A stretch of DNA of 64,000 nucleotides from a bacterium (GTDB taxonomy: Bacteria > Krumholzibacteriota > Krumholzibacteriia > LZORAL124-64-63). The stretch covers positions 1 to 64,000 of the forward strand of contig JANOEP010000027.1 in NCBI GenBank assembly GCA_031441465.1, in the 5' to 3' direction. Below the pieces are notes generated by a model, which saw nothing but the letters and a program-made list of their open reading frames with translations, did no database searches and was not told the origin of the DNA. Position 1 is the stretch's first letter; each line of letters starts with the position of its first letter. A program made the position numbers and the translations under genes. This document shows positions 1 through 8,267 of the stretch, piece after piece.

Positions 1-1343
1 CCTTCGGGGGTGGACAACCGGGCGGCGTAGGCGGCTGCGGCCGAGGCGTGGCCCGCGGCGCGCGCCGCGGCGGCGGCCCGCGCCCGCCAGGCGGCCAGGT
101 CGGCGCAACCGACGGCGCGCATCTCCTCCGCCAGGCGGCGCAGCATCCCGGACAGGCGACCGTAGCCGCCGGGCTTCAGCAGGTCGCTGCAGACGGTCAC
201 CGGCGCGAGGCCGAGCGCCACGGCCTCGGCCGCGTTGCCGCGCTCGATCCCGGCCGAGAACGACACCGGCACGTCGCCGCCGGACCGTCCCGCCAGGGCC
301 AGGCGCCCCGGCAGGCGGGCGTCCAGTTCCGCGAGGAGGGTCGCGGCCAGCACGTGCAGCGGCGCGCCCGACAGGTACGCCTGCGCGCCCGGCAGGCGGC
401 CGGCGGCGTTGGCGACCACCAGGGTGTTGGTGAGCTTGATGCCGAAGCGCCGCCCCTGCGCGCGGGCGAAGTCCGCCAGGCCGGCGACGAGTTCGAGCGC
501 GCGCTCCATGACCAGGTCCTCGGCGAAGGACTGCGGCACCAGGGCCGCGTCGCGGTAGCCGAGCCGGTCGTGCAGGATCGCCGCCACCGCGTCGGGGCCG
601 AGCAGGGTGGGGTTCAGCTTCACGGTGACGTCCAGACCGTGGCGGCACATGAGGTGGCGGACGATCGCCTCGATCTCCCCCGGCGGGCAGCCGTGGAAGG
701 TGCTCAGGGTGGCGCCGGTGCACAGGCGCGCCGGCACCTCGACGCCGCGCAGGCCGGCGAGCGCCGCGGGGATCTCGCGACGCTGCGCATCCACGAGCGC
801 GCGCACATCGCCGAGACGGTCCAGGAACGCGGACATGGGCCCGCTCTGCACGCCCTGGAGGTCGTAGCCGCACGACAGCTCGAACACGTGGCCGCCCGGT
901 TCGCCGACCACCGCGCCCACGGGCTCCCACGCGCGCAGGACCGCGATCAGCAGCCCGGCTTTGGCGTACTCGCGCAGCGACTCGTCCAGGCGCAGTTCCT
1001 GGCTCCACTCGACGTTGTAGCCCTCGGCAGCCATGTCGATGCAGGGGCGCGGGATCTCCAGCTCGTCGAGGACCTGGACGGTCTTGAGTTCGAGGGTGCG
1101 CGCCCCGGCCAGCCAGCTCAGGGCCAGGTTCTGGGCCAGCTGCGTGTGGGGTCCGGCGGCGGGGCCCAGCGGCGTGCCGACGGCGTGACCGCCGACCGTG
1201 TCGGCGAGGTCGACACCGTCGGCAGGCCGGTGCCACTTGCCGGTCGGCAGGTCGAAGATCGCGCCGCGGGCGTCCAGCTCGACGACCGCGCGGGCGAGCA
1301 GGTCGCGCAGCGGCCAGGGCGTCAGGGCGGGCGGGCGGCTCAT
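1..1343 (-). CDS. ygfK: YgfK-like oxidoreductase (putative selenate reductase subunit family), N-terminal part; runs off the left edge
   Basis: Not in the ORF track. My translation from ATG 1343 gives TPLGPAAGPHTQLAQN..ELKTVQVLDELEIPRPCID..GYNVEWSQEL..TLSTFHGCPP..VKLNPTLLG..GIKLTNTL..VTVCSDLLKPGGY, which are YgfK N-terminal motifs. The start overlaps the upstream stop (ATGA). Confidence 0.85.
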   Translation of the reverse strand, partial: MSRPPALTPWPLRDLLARAVVELDARGAIFDLPTGKWHRPADGVDLADTVGGHAVGTPLGPAAGPHTQLAQNLALSWLAGARTLELKTVQVLDELEIPRPCIDMAAEGYNVEWSQELRLDESLREYAKAGLLIAVLRAWEPVGAVVGEPGGHVFELSCGYDLQGVQSGPMSAFLDRLGDVRALVDAQRREIPAALAGLRGVEVPARLCTGATLSTFHGCPPGEIEAIVRHLMCRHGLDVTVKLNPTLLGPDAVAAILHDRLGYRDAALVPQSFAEDLVMERALELVAGLADFARAQGRRFGIKLTNTLVVANAAGRLPGAQAYLSGAPLHVLAATLLAELDARLPGRLALAGRSGGDVPVSFSAGIERGNAAEAVALGLAPVTVCSDLLKPGGYGRLSGMLRRLAEEMRAVGCADLAAWRARAAAAARAAGHASAAAAYAARLSTPE

Positions 1344-2068
1344 GGGCGGGCCTTCCGGGGTGCGGGACAACCTGGCGCGGGAGCGCGGCGGGATGCGAAA
1401 TGATCGGCGAGTTCGCCGAAGGATTCCAACACGAGGTCCGGACCGGCGGCGAGCAGGCGGGCCCGCGCGGTGAGGCCGAAGGCGCAGCCCACGGACGTGC
1501 AGCCCAGGGCCCGGGCCGCCGACACGTCGTTGACCCCGTCCCCGACCATGACCACGTCGCCGATCGCGACCTCCAGCCCGGCCAGGCAGAGCGCCAACGC
1601 CTCGGGGTCGGGCTTCTTGCGCGCCACGTCGTCGCCGCACACCACGCGCCGGAAGGCGCCGTCGAGGTGCAGGCCCGCCAGCACCTTCACGGCGAAACGG
1701 CGGGACTTGTTCGTCGCCACCATCAGCGGGAAGTCGGCGAAGCGGCGCAGCGTTTCCAGCACGCCCGGGTACAGCCGGGTGTGGTCGAGGCAGTGGCGGT
1801 CGTGGTGGTCGAGGAAGACCGCCAGGCCCTCGGCCGCAAGGTCGGCGGCGGGCGGGCCGTCGGGGCCGGCGAGCGCGCGTTCGACGAGCACGCCCACGCC
1901 GTCGCCCACGAAGGACACGACGACCTGCTCCGGGAGTTCCGGCAGCCCGAAGCGGGCGCGCATGAAGTTGGCCGAAACGGCGAGATCGCGACCCGAATCG
2001 ACGAGCGTGCCGTCGAGGTCGAAGATGAAGGCCTCGGCTTGGCGACGTCGGCGCGTTTGGCGGCTCAT
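1340..2068 (-). CDS. gph: HAD-family hydrolase, phosphoglycolate phosphatase-like
   Basis: Motifs FDLDGTLVDS, ATNK, KKPDP and MVGDGVND. Confidence 0.85.
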   Translation of the reverse strand: MSRQTRRRRQAEAFIFDLDGTLVDSGRDLAVSANFMRARFGLPELPEQVVVSFVGDGVGVLVERALAGPDGPPAADLAAEGLAVFLDHHDRHCLDHTRLYPGVLETLRRFADFPLMVATNKSRRFAVKVLAGLHLDGAFRRVVCGDDVARKKPDPEALALCLAGLEVAIGDVVMVGDGVNDVSAARALGCTSVGCAFGLTARARLLAAGPDLVLESFGELADHFASRRAPAPGCPAPRKARP

Positions 2069-2141
2069 GCGGTCCTCCCCCCGCGATCATAGGCGGCGCG
2101 CGGCAGGGGCGCAAGCATGTGTCGAGCGGCCCGTTCCACGC

Positions 2142-2171
2142 TTGTGCGACCCGACCAACCCCGCCTATACT
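2142..2171 (+). promoter_or_regulatory. Putative sigma70 promoter of the SPOR gene
   Basis: TTGTGC-N18-TATACT, 40 nt before ATG 2211. Confidence 0.45.
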
Positions 2172-2210
2172 CGCGCCCGGGCCGCACCCCGAACGACCGG
2201 AGGACGCGTG

Positions 2211-3002
2211 ATGTTCGACGACCGCCGCCGCGACGACGATGACGAGGACGACGGCAACCTGGAGTTCCTCAACCGGGCCGAGGACCGCGCGGCCGACGAC
2301 GAGACGACCGCTCAGCTCGACGGCGGCGGCGATGGCGATGAAGATGGCGATGACGGCGAGCCCTGGCGCGCACCGCCGCCGGTGATCGACGTGCGCAAGC
2401 GCGGCGGCCGCAGCGGTCGCGGCCTCGTGGCCGCCGTCGCGGTCGCCCTGGTGGCCATGCTCGCGTTCGTGTTCTGGCCGCGCGGCGGCTTCGAGCTGCC
2501 GCCGCCGGTGGGCGAGCAAACGTCGGTCGTCACCACCGACTCCCCGGGGCAGGCCTACTTCCCGCATCAGCCGGTCAGCGGGGACGTGGATCTGGCGCAG
2601 GAAGCCCCTGAAGTGGTCCCCGAAACGCCGGGCGGGCGGGCCGCGTCGCGGGTGCCGGCGGGGGACCTGGCCGTGGACGAAGAAGCCGGACCCGACCCGG
2701 CGGCGGCCAGCGCCGCGGCCGCGGCCGCGGCGCCGGCCGGCACCGCGATCGTGCCGCCGGGCGCGTCGGGGACCTGGGCGATCCAGCTCGGCGCCTTCGG
2801 CCAGCGGGCCAACGCCGAGGAACTGGTCGCCCGGCTGCGCAAGACCGGGCACCGGATCGAGACCGAGACCGTCAAGACGGCCGGCGGGGCCTCGCTCACC
2901 CGCGTCCGCGTGGCCTGGTTCCGCTCCGAAACCGAAGCCGCCGCCTGGGCCGCCGCCCACGCGGCCGACCTGGGCCGGGACCTCAAGATCACGAGCCGCT
3001 GA
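2211..3002 (+). CDS. SPOR-domain membrane-anchored cell-division protein
   Basis: Acidic N-terminus, one TM helix (LVAAVAVALVAMLAFVFW), Pro/Ala linker and C-terminal WAIQLGAF..NAEEL..RVRVAWF SPOR pattern. GGAGG precedes the start; the track's longer N-terminus is antisense to the HAD gene. Confidence 0.8.
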   Translation: MFDDRRRDDDDEDDGNLEFLNRAEDRAADDETTAQLDGGGDGDEDGDDGEPWRAPPPVIDVRKRGGRSGRGLVAAVAVALVAMLAFVFWPRGGFELPPPVGEQTSVVTTDSPGQAYFPHQPVSGDVDLAQEAPEVVPETPGGRAASRVPAGDLAVDEEAGPDPAAASAAAAAAAPAGTAIVPPGASGTWAIQLGAFGQRANAEELVARLRKTGHRIETETVKTAGGASLTRVRVAWFRSETEAAAWAAAHAADLGRDLKITSR

Positions 3003-3017
3003 ACCGGGAGGCTGGAC

Positions 3018-4046
3018 GTGACCTGTGCCAGGGTGATCGGGACCGGGCATTGCGTGCCGGAGCGCATCGTGACCAACCACGACCTCGCGCAGTGGATGGA
3101 CACCAGCGACGAGTGGATCGTGGAACGCACGGGCATCCGCGAGCGGCGCTGGATCACGCCCGGGACGACGCTCAACGACCTCGCCGCCGGCGCCGCGCGC
3201 ATGGCGTTGCAGGAGGCCGGCCTCGCGGCCGACGAACTCGACCTGATCATCTGCGCGACCCTCAACCCGGACTGCTTCTTCCCCGGCAACGGCGTCCTGC
3301 TGCAGCACGCGCTGGGCGCCCGCACGATCGGCGCCCTGGACATCCGCAACCAGTGCACGGGCTTCGTCTACGGCGTGGCCACGGCCGCGGCCCACATCAA
3401 GGCCGGCTTCGCCCGCACCGTGCTGGTCGTCGGCACGGAGATCCACTCGACGTCCCTGGACATCTCCGACCGCGGCCGCGACATCGCCGTGCTGTTCGGC
3501 GACGGGGCCGGCGCCGCCGTCCTGCAGGCGGGCGAGGGTCCGCTCGAAGGTCGGACTGGGGGACGGATCGGGGGACATAGCGACGTGCTGGCCAGCGTCC
3601 TGCACAGCCAGGGCGAGTTCGCCCACGAGTTGTGGTGCGAACTGCCCTCGGGCAGCCAGCCGGGCCGCATCACGGCGGCGCAGATCGCCGAGGGCCGGCA
3701 CTACCCGCACATGAACGGCCGCGCCGTCTACACGCACGCCGTGCGGCGCTTCTGCGAGGCGATCCAGGAAGTGCTGGACGCGGGCGGGGTCGCGAAGCAG
3801 GACGTGAAGCTGGTCATCCCCCACCAGGCCAACCTGCGCATCACCGAGGCGGTGACCAAGCGGTTCGACCTGGCTCCGGAGCGGGTCTACAGCAACATCC
3901 ACCGCTACGGCAACACGACGGCGGCGTCGATCCCCATCGCGCTGAGCGAGGCGTCGCGCGAGGGCAGGCTGGCCCGCGGCGACCTGCTGGTGCTGGTGGC
4001 GTTCGGCTCGGGGTTCACCTGGGGGGCCAACCTGATCCGCTGGTGA
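3018..4046 (+). CDS. fabH: 3-oxoacyl-ACP synthase III
   Basis: Cys-His-Asn triad (NQCTGF, PHQAN, YGNT), plus DTSDEWI..RTGI, LFGDGAGA and AFGSGFTWG. Confidence 0.93.
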   Translation: MTCARVIGTGHCVPERIVTNHDLAQWMDTSDEWIVERTGIRERRWITPGTTLNDLAAGAARMALQEAGLAADELDLIICATLNPDCFFPGNGVLLQHALGARTIGALDIRNQCTGFVYGVATAAAHIKAGFARTVLVVGTEIHSTSLDISDRGRDIAVLFGDGAGAAVLQAGEGPLEGRTGGRIGGHSDVLASVLHSQGEFAHELWCELPSGSQPGRITAAQIAEGRHYPHMNGRAVYTHAVRRFCEAIQEVLDAGGVAKQDVKLVIPHQANLRITEAVTKRFDLAPERVYSNIHRYGNTTAASIPIALSEASREGRLARGDLLVLVAFGSGFTWGANLIRW

Positions 4047-4055
4047 GGGGCGGGA

Positions 4056-4730
4056 TCAGTCCGGCTTGAGTTCGTCGGTCTGGCCGATCCGCTTGGACTT
4101 GAAGCTCAGGCACATCAGCCCCACCGCGAGGCGCTCGTTGCGCACGATGACCTGCGGCGGGGTGCGGATGTCGGTCGGCGTGAAGTTCCAGATGCCGACC
4201 ACGCCGGCGGCGACCATCTGGTTGGCGACGTCCTGGGCGACGCTCACCGGCACGGTCAGCACGCCGACCTTGATGCCGTTCCCCTTCACGAACGCCTGCA
4301 TCTCGGACAGCGGCCGGATCGGCACGCCCCGGATCTCCAGACCGACGAGCTTCGGATCCACGTCGAAGATCCCGCGCAGCGGGAATCCCAGGCGCTCGAA
4401 GTTGCGGTAGTTGGCCAAGCCCTGGCCGAGATGGCCGGCGCCCACGATGATCATGGGCACCGGGACGTCGACCCCGATGATCTCTTCGAGGGCCGGCACC
4501 AGCTTGTCGACCTGGTAGGGACGACCGGGCTTGCTGAAGCCGCCGAAATAGTGGAAATCGTGCCGGAGCTGGCTGGCTTTGATGTCCAGGGATGTCGCGA
4601 GTTGTCGCGATGAGACTTCCTTGACGCCCGCTTGCTGCAGCAGGATGAGCTTGTCCAGGTACAGGGGCAGGCGCAGGATGGTGGCGTCCGGAACTCGGAA
4701 CTTCTTGCCCTTGGTGTTGACGATCCTCAC
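4056..4730 (-). CDS. rex: Redox-sensing transcriptional repressor Rex
   Basis: ATILRLPLY winged helix, SQLRHDF, Rossmann IVGAGHLG and GIWNF. GTG start with GGAGA RBS. Confidence 0.93.
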   Translation of the reverse strand: MRIVNTKGKKFRVPDATILRLPLYLDKLILLQQAGVKEVSSRQLATSLDIKASQLRHDFHYFGGFSKPGRPYQVDKLVPALEEIIGVDVPVPMIIVGAGHLGQGLANYRNFERLGFPLRGIFDVDPKLVGLEIRGVPIRPLSEMQAFVKGNGIKVGVLTVPVSVAQDVANQMVAAGVVGIWNFTPTDIRTPPQVIVRNERLAVGLMCLSFKSKRIGQTDELKPD

Positions 4731-4783
4731 CGGGGTCTCCCTTCGCCCGCCGCGCCGCGGCGCCGATCCGATCACAACCGTTC

Positions 4784-4801
4784 TTGTTAGGTCTTTGACA
4801 G
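4784..4801. promoter_or_regulatory. Rex operator-like palindrome over the predicted rex transcription start
   Basis: TTGTTAG-GTCT-TTGACAG compared with consensus TTGTGAA-N4-TTCACAA. Confidence 0.6.
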
Positions 4802-4805
4802 GACT

Positions 4806-4835
4806 AATCTACTCCCAGCCCCAGACACGCGTCAA
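4806..4835 (-). promoter_or_regulatory. Putative sigma70 promoter of rex
   Basis: TTGACG-N18-TAGATT on the minus strand. Confidence 0.55.
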
Positions 4836-4842
4836 GATGCAG

Positions 4843-4860
4843 GTTGACGAGATTTCACAA
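4843..4860. promoter_or_regulatory. Second Rex-like box with one perfect half-site
   Basis: GTTGACG-AGAT-TTCACAA. Confidence 0.45.
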
Positions 4861-4885
4861 CCAGGCTGTCAAAGGGAAAACAACG

Positions 4886-4914
4886 TTGGCCCCCCGGTAC
4901 GCGCCCCCTATATT
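4886..4914 (+). promoter_or_regulatory. Putative sigma70 promoter of gatE-gatD
   Basis: TTGGCC-N17-TATATT. Confidence 0.5.
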
Positions 4915-4959
4915 GGTCCCGCGCCGCACGTTCCACCACTCCAGCCGCACAGGACGCGC

Positions 4960-6864
4960 ATGAACGACGTCTCCCGCTACGATCCCCTGCAGGGCGCGCC
5001 GCTGCCCGTCCTGGGGGCCTGGGGCGAGCCGGAGTACCGGTCCCTCGGGCTGATGTCCGGACTCGAGGTGCACCAGCAACTGCTGACCTCGCGGAAACTC
5101 TTCTGCCGCTGCCCCGCCGGACGGTACGCGACCTCGCACCACGCGGAGATCCTGCGCCACATGCGCCCGACCCTCAGCGAGATGGGGGATTACGACGGCA
5201 CCGCGCTGATGGAGTTCAAGACCCGCAAGAACATCACCTACCTGTTGAACGACGAGACGGTCTGCACCTACGAGATGGACGACGCCCCGCCCTTCGAGAT
5301 GAACCCCGAGGCGCTGGACCACGCGGTGCGGGTGTCGCTGATGCTCGGCCTGCAGGTGGTCGACGAGATCCACATCGCCCGCAAGCAGTACCTCGATGGC
5401 AGCATCCCCACGGGTTTCCAGCGCACGGCGATCATCGGCGTCCAGGGTGCGGTCCCCCACCGCGGCCGGCGCATCGGGATCCGCCAGCTGTCCATCGAAG
5501 AGGATTCCTGCCGCGAGGTCAGCGACCGCGGGCACGCCCGCGTCTACCGCACCGACCGGCTCGGCATGCCCCTGATCGAGACGGTCACCGACCCGGACAT
5601 GCACACCCCCTGGGACGTGGCCGCCGTCTGCGATACGCTGCGCCGTCTGGCGCGGGCCAGCGGCCTGGTGCGCACGGGCGTCGGCGCGGCGCGGCAGGAC
5701 GTGAACGTGAGCATCCGCGGCGGCTCCCGCGTCGAGATCAAGGGCGTCCCGAGCATCAAGCGCATCCCGCGGCTGGTGCACAACGAGGCCCTGCGCCAGC
5801 GCAGCCTGCTGGCCATCCGCGACGTCCTGCGCGAGCGCGGCGTGACCGCGGCCTCGCTGAGGGACGCCTCGCGGGACGTCACGAACATCGTCCAGGCCGC
5901 CGAGGGCGGCTACCTGCGCGAGGCGGTCGCCCGGGGCGCCCGCGTCGCGGCCGTGCCGCTGCCCGGCTTCGAGGGGCTCGTCTCCACCCCGACCCAGCCC
6001 CACACCCGGTTCCTGAAGGAATTCTCCGACCGCGTGCGCGTGGTCGCCTGCCTCGACTCCCTGCCGAACGTCGTCTGCTCGACGAGCGAGGTCACGACGC
6101 TCTCGTCGGCCGAGTGGGGCCGCATCGAGCGCGCCTGCGGCGTCGGGCGCGACACGCCGATCATGGTGGTCTGGGGCGACGAGCGGGACGTCCGCACCGC
6201 GACGGGCGAGATCCTGCTGCGGGCGCGCGAGGCCTGCGAGGGCGTGCCCGAAGAGACGCGCCAGGCCCTGCCCGACGACACCACGGGCTTCGAGCGCGTC
6301 CTGCCCGGCCCCAGCCGCATGTACCCCGACACCGACCTGCCCCCGGTCGTGCTGGGCGCGGAGCGGCTGGCGCGCCTCGCGATCGACCTGCCGCCGCCGC
6401 CCTGGGAGCGCCTCGCGCGTCTGCAGCGCGACGGCGTGGGCGAGGACCTGGCCGGCCGGCTGGCCCTGCACCCGGCCTTCGCGCTCTACGCGCACCTGCA
6501 GCCGCGCCTCGGCGACGACACCCTGACGGCGACCGGCCTCGCCTCGCTGCTGCTGGACCGCGACCTGCCCCGGCCTTCGAGCGTGCCCGCGGCGGGCCCC
6601 TGGTGGGACCACGCGCTGGACGAGCTGCGCGCGGGCCGCGTGCTGCCCGAGGGGATCTGGTGGTCGGACGACGAACCGATCGCCGCGCTGCCGCCGGAAG
6701 CCGCCCGTGCGGCCTTCGCCGCGGCCTTGGCGGAGCTGCCCGCGGACCTGCCGGCGGCGCCCGGACCGCGGTTGCGCACGATGATGGGCCGGGTGATGCC
6801 CGCCCTGCGCGGTCGGGTGTCGGGACGCCAGGCCGCCGCCTGGGTCGAGGAGACGACATCATGA
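4960..6864 (+). CDS. gatE: Glu-tRNA(Gln) amidotransferase subunit E (archaeal type)
   Basis: GLEVHQQL..KLFCRCP, RPTLSEMG, RKQYLDGSIPTGFQRT, EEDSCR, DRLGMPLIE and RQDVNVSI..RVEIKGV. Also an AspRS-like insert, GVPEETR..LPGPSRMYPDTD and a YqeY-like tail (MMGRVMPALRGRVSG). Confidence 0.92.
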   Translation: MNDVSRYDPLQGAPLPVLGAWGEPEYRSLGLMSGLEVHQQLLTSRKLFCRCPAGRYATSHHAEILRHMRPTLSEMGDYDGTALMEFKTRKNITYLLNDETVCTYEMDDAPPFEMNPEALDHAVRVSLMLGLQVVDEIHIARKQYLDGSIPTGFQRTAIIGVQGAVPHRGRRIGIRQLSIEEDSCREVSDRGHARVYRTDRLGMPLIETVTDPDMHTPWDVAAVCDTLRRLARASGLVRTGVGAARQDVNVSIRGGSRVEIKGVPSIKRIPRLVHNEALRQRSLLAIRDVLRERGVTAASLRDASRDVTNIVQAAEGGYLREAVARGARVAAVPLPGFEGLVSTPTQPHTRFLKEFSDRVRVVACLDSLPNVVCSTSEVTTLSSAEWGRIERACGVGRDTPIMVVWGDERDVRTATGEILLRAREACEGVPEETRQALPDDTTGFERVLPGPSRMYPDTDLPPVVLGAERLARLAIDLPPPPWERLARLQRDGVGEDLAGRLALHPAFALYAHLQPRLGDDTLTATGLASLLLDRDLPRPSSVPAAGPWWDHALDELRAGRVLPEGIWWSDDEPIAALPPEAARAAFAAALAELPADLPAAPGPRLRTMMGRVMPALRGRVSGRQAAAWVEETTS

Positions 6865-8255
6865 GCGGGAACGGCAACGAGGACTACAAGGGTTACCGCG
6901 GCCCCGCCCTGGCCGTGCTCAAAAAATACGAGGCTCTGGTGTGGAGCGACGTCACGATCCGCACCGACCGGGGCGAATTCCGCGGGCTGATCCTGCCGCG
7001 CAACGAGATGGCCGACCCGGAGCACATCGTGCTGAAGATGTCGACCGGCTACAACATCGGCCTGCACGTCGGCGGCATGCAGGAGATCACGATCCACGGC
7101 CGCAAGGTCGCCAACTACAAGATCCCGGAGAAGGCCTTCCCCTACTCCGAAGGCAAGCCCCGCGTCAAGCTGCTGGGCACCGGCGGCACGATCGCCTCGC
7201 GGCTGGACTACCGCACCGGCGCCGTGATCCCCGCCTTTTCGCCCGGTGAGCTGTATGGCTCGGTGCCGGAGCTGGCGGACGTCTGCAACCTGGAGACCGA
7301 GAAGCTCTACGGCGTGTTCAGCGAGAACATGGGCCCCGAGCAGTGGATCGGCCTGGCCGAGGCCGTCGGGCGCGAGATCGCCGCCGGCGTCGACGGCATC
7401 GTCGTGGGCCACGGCACCGACACGATGCACCACACCGCGGCCATCCTCTCCTTCATGGTCCAGGGCTCGCCGGTGCCGATCGTCATGGTCGGCAGCCAGC
7501 GCTCGAGCGACCGGCCCAGCTCCGACGCCGCCATCAACCTCATGAACGCCACGCGCACGGCCGCGACCAGCGACCTCGCCGAGGTGATGGTCTGCATGTT
7601 CGGCCCCACCAGCGACCAGTACGGCCTGCTGCACCAGGGCACCCGCGTCCGCAAGATGCACTCGTCGTACCGCTCGACCTTCCGCACCCTGAGCGACATC
7701 CCGCTGGGCAAGGTCGACCAGGACGGCGTCACGCCGTTCCGTAACGACTACCGCCGCCGCCGCGCCGACCGCGACGTCACGGTCAAGGCCGTCTTCGACG
7801 ACCGGGTCTCGCTTGTCTACTACTACCCCGGCATGAAGCCCGACATCATCGACAGCCTGGTCGACCACGGCTACAAGGGGATCATCATCGCGGGCACGGG
7901 GCTGGGCCACGTCAATCGCCCCCTGTACCCCGCGCTGGAACGGGCCCACAAGGCGGGCGTCTCGATGTTCATGACCGTGCAGACTCTCTGGGGCTTCGTG
8001 CAGATGTACGTGTACGAGACCGGGCGCGAGATCATGGAGCTGGGCGTCGTGCCGGCGGCCAACATGCTGCCCGAGGTGGCCTACATGAAGCTGGGCTGGG
8101 CGCTGGGCCAGACGCAGGATCCCGCCGAGGTCGCCGCGATCATGCTGACGCCGATCGCGCGCGACATCACCGAACGGGAGCCGTACAACGGCTACCTCGT
8201 GTACCAGGGCGGCATCCCCGAGGTCGACCAGTTCCTGAGCGAACACTGGAAATAG
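6861..8255 (+). CDS. gatD: Glu-tRNA(Gln) amidotransferase subunit D (asparaginase-like, archaeal type)
   Basis: GatD N-terminal domain (GLILPR..IVLKMSTGYNIG), TGGTIASRLDYRTGAV, HGTDT, GSQRSSDRPSSD, GTRVRKMHS and MLPEVAYMKL. ATGA overlap with gatE. Confidence 0.93.
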   Translation: MSGNGNEDYKGYRGPALAVLKKYEALVWSDVTIRTDRGEFRGLILPRNEMADPEHIVLKMSTGYNIGLHVGGMQEITIHGRKVANYKIPEKAFPYSEGKPRVKLLGTGGTIASRLDYRTGAVIPAFSPGELYGSVPELADVCNLETEKLYGVFSENMGPEQWIGLAEAVGREIAAGVDGIVVGHGTDTMHHTAAILSFMVQGSPVPIVMVGSQRSSDRPSSDAAINLMNATRTAATSDLAEVMVCMFGPTSDQYGLLHQGTRVRKMHSSYRSTFRTLSDIPLGKVDQDGVTPFRNDYRRRRADRDVTVKAVFDDRVSLVYYYPGMKPDIIDSLVDHGYKGIIIAGTGLGHVNRPLYPALERAHKAGVSMFMTVQTLWGFVQMYVYETGREIMELGVVPAANMLPEVAYMKLGWALGQTQDPAEVAAIMLTPIARDITEREPYNGYLVYQGGIPEVDQFLSEHWK

Positions 8256-8267
8256 CGGCGGTCCGCG

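Noticed and set aside
48..1403. 451-aa plus-strand ORF
   Set aside because: It is the antisense shadow of the ygfK-like gene and has no motifs.
3538..3580. Short Gly/Arg insertion in fabH with a 12-nt near-duplication (GGTCGGACTGGG/GGACGGATCGGG)
   Set aside because: It is in frame and probably in a surface loop; catalytic residues are intact.
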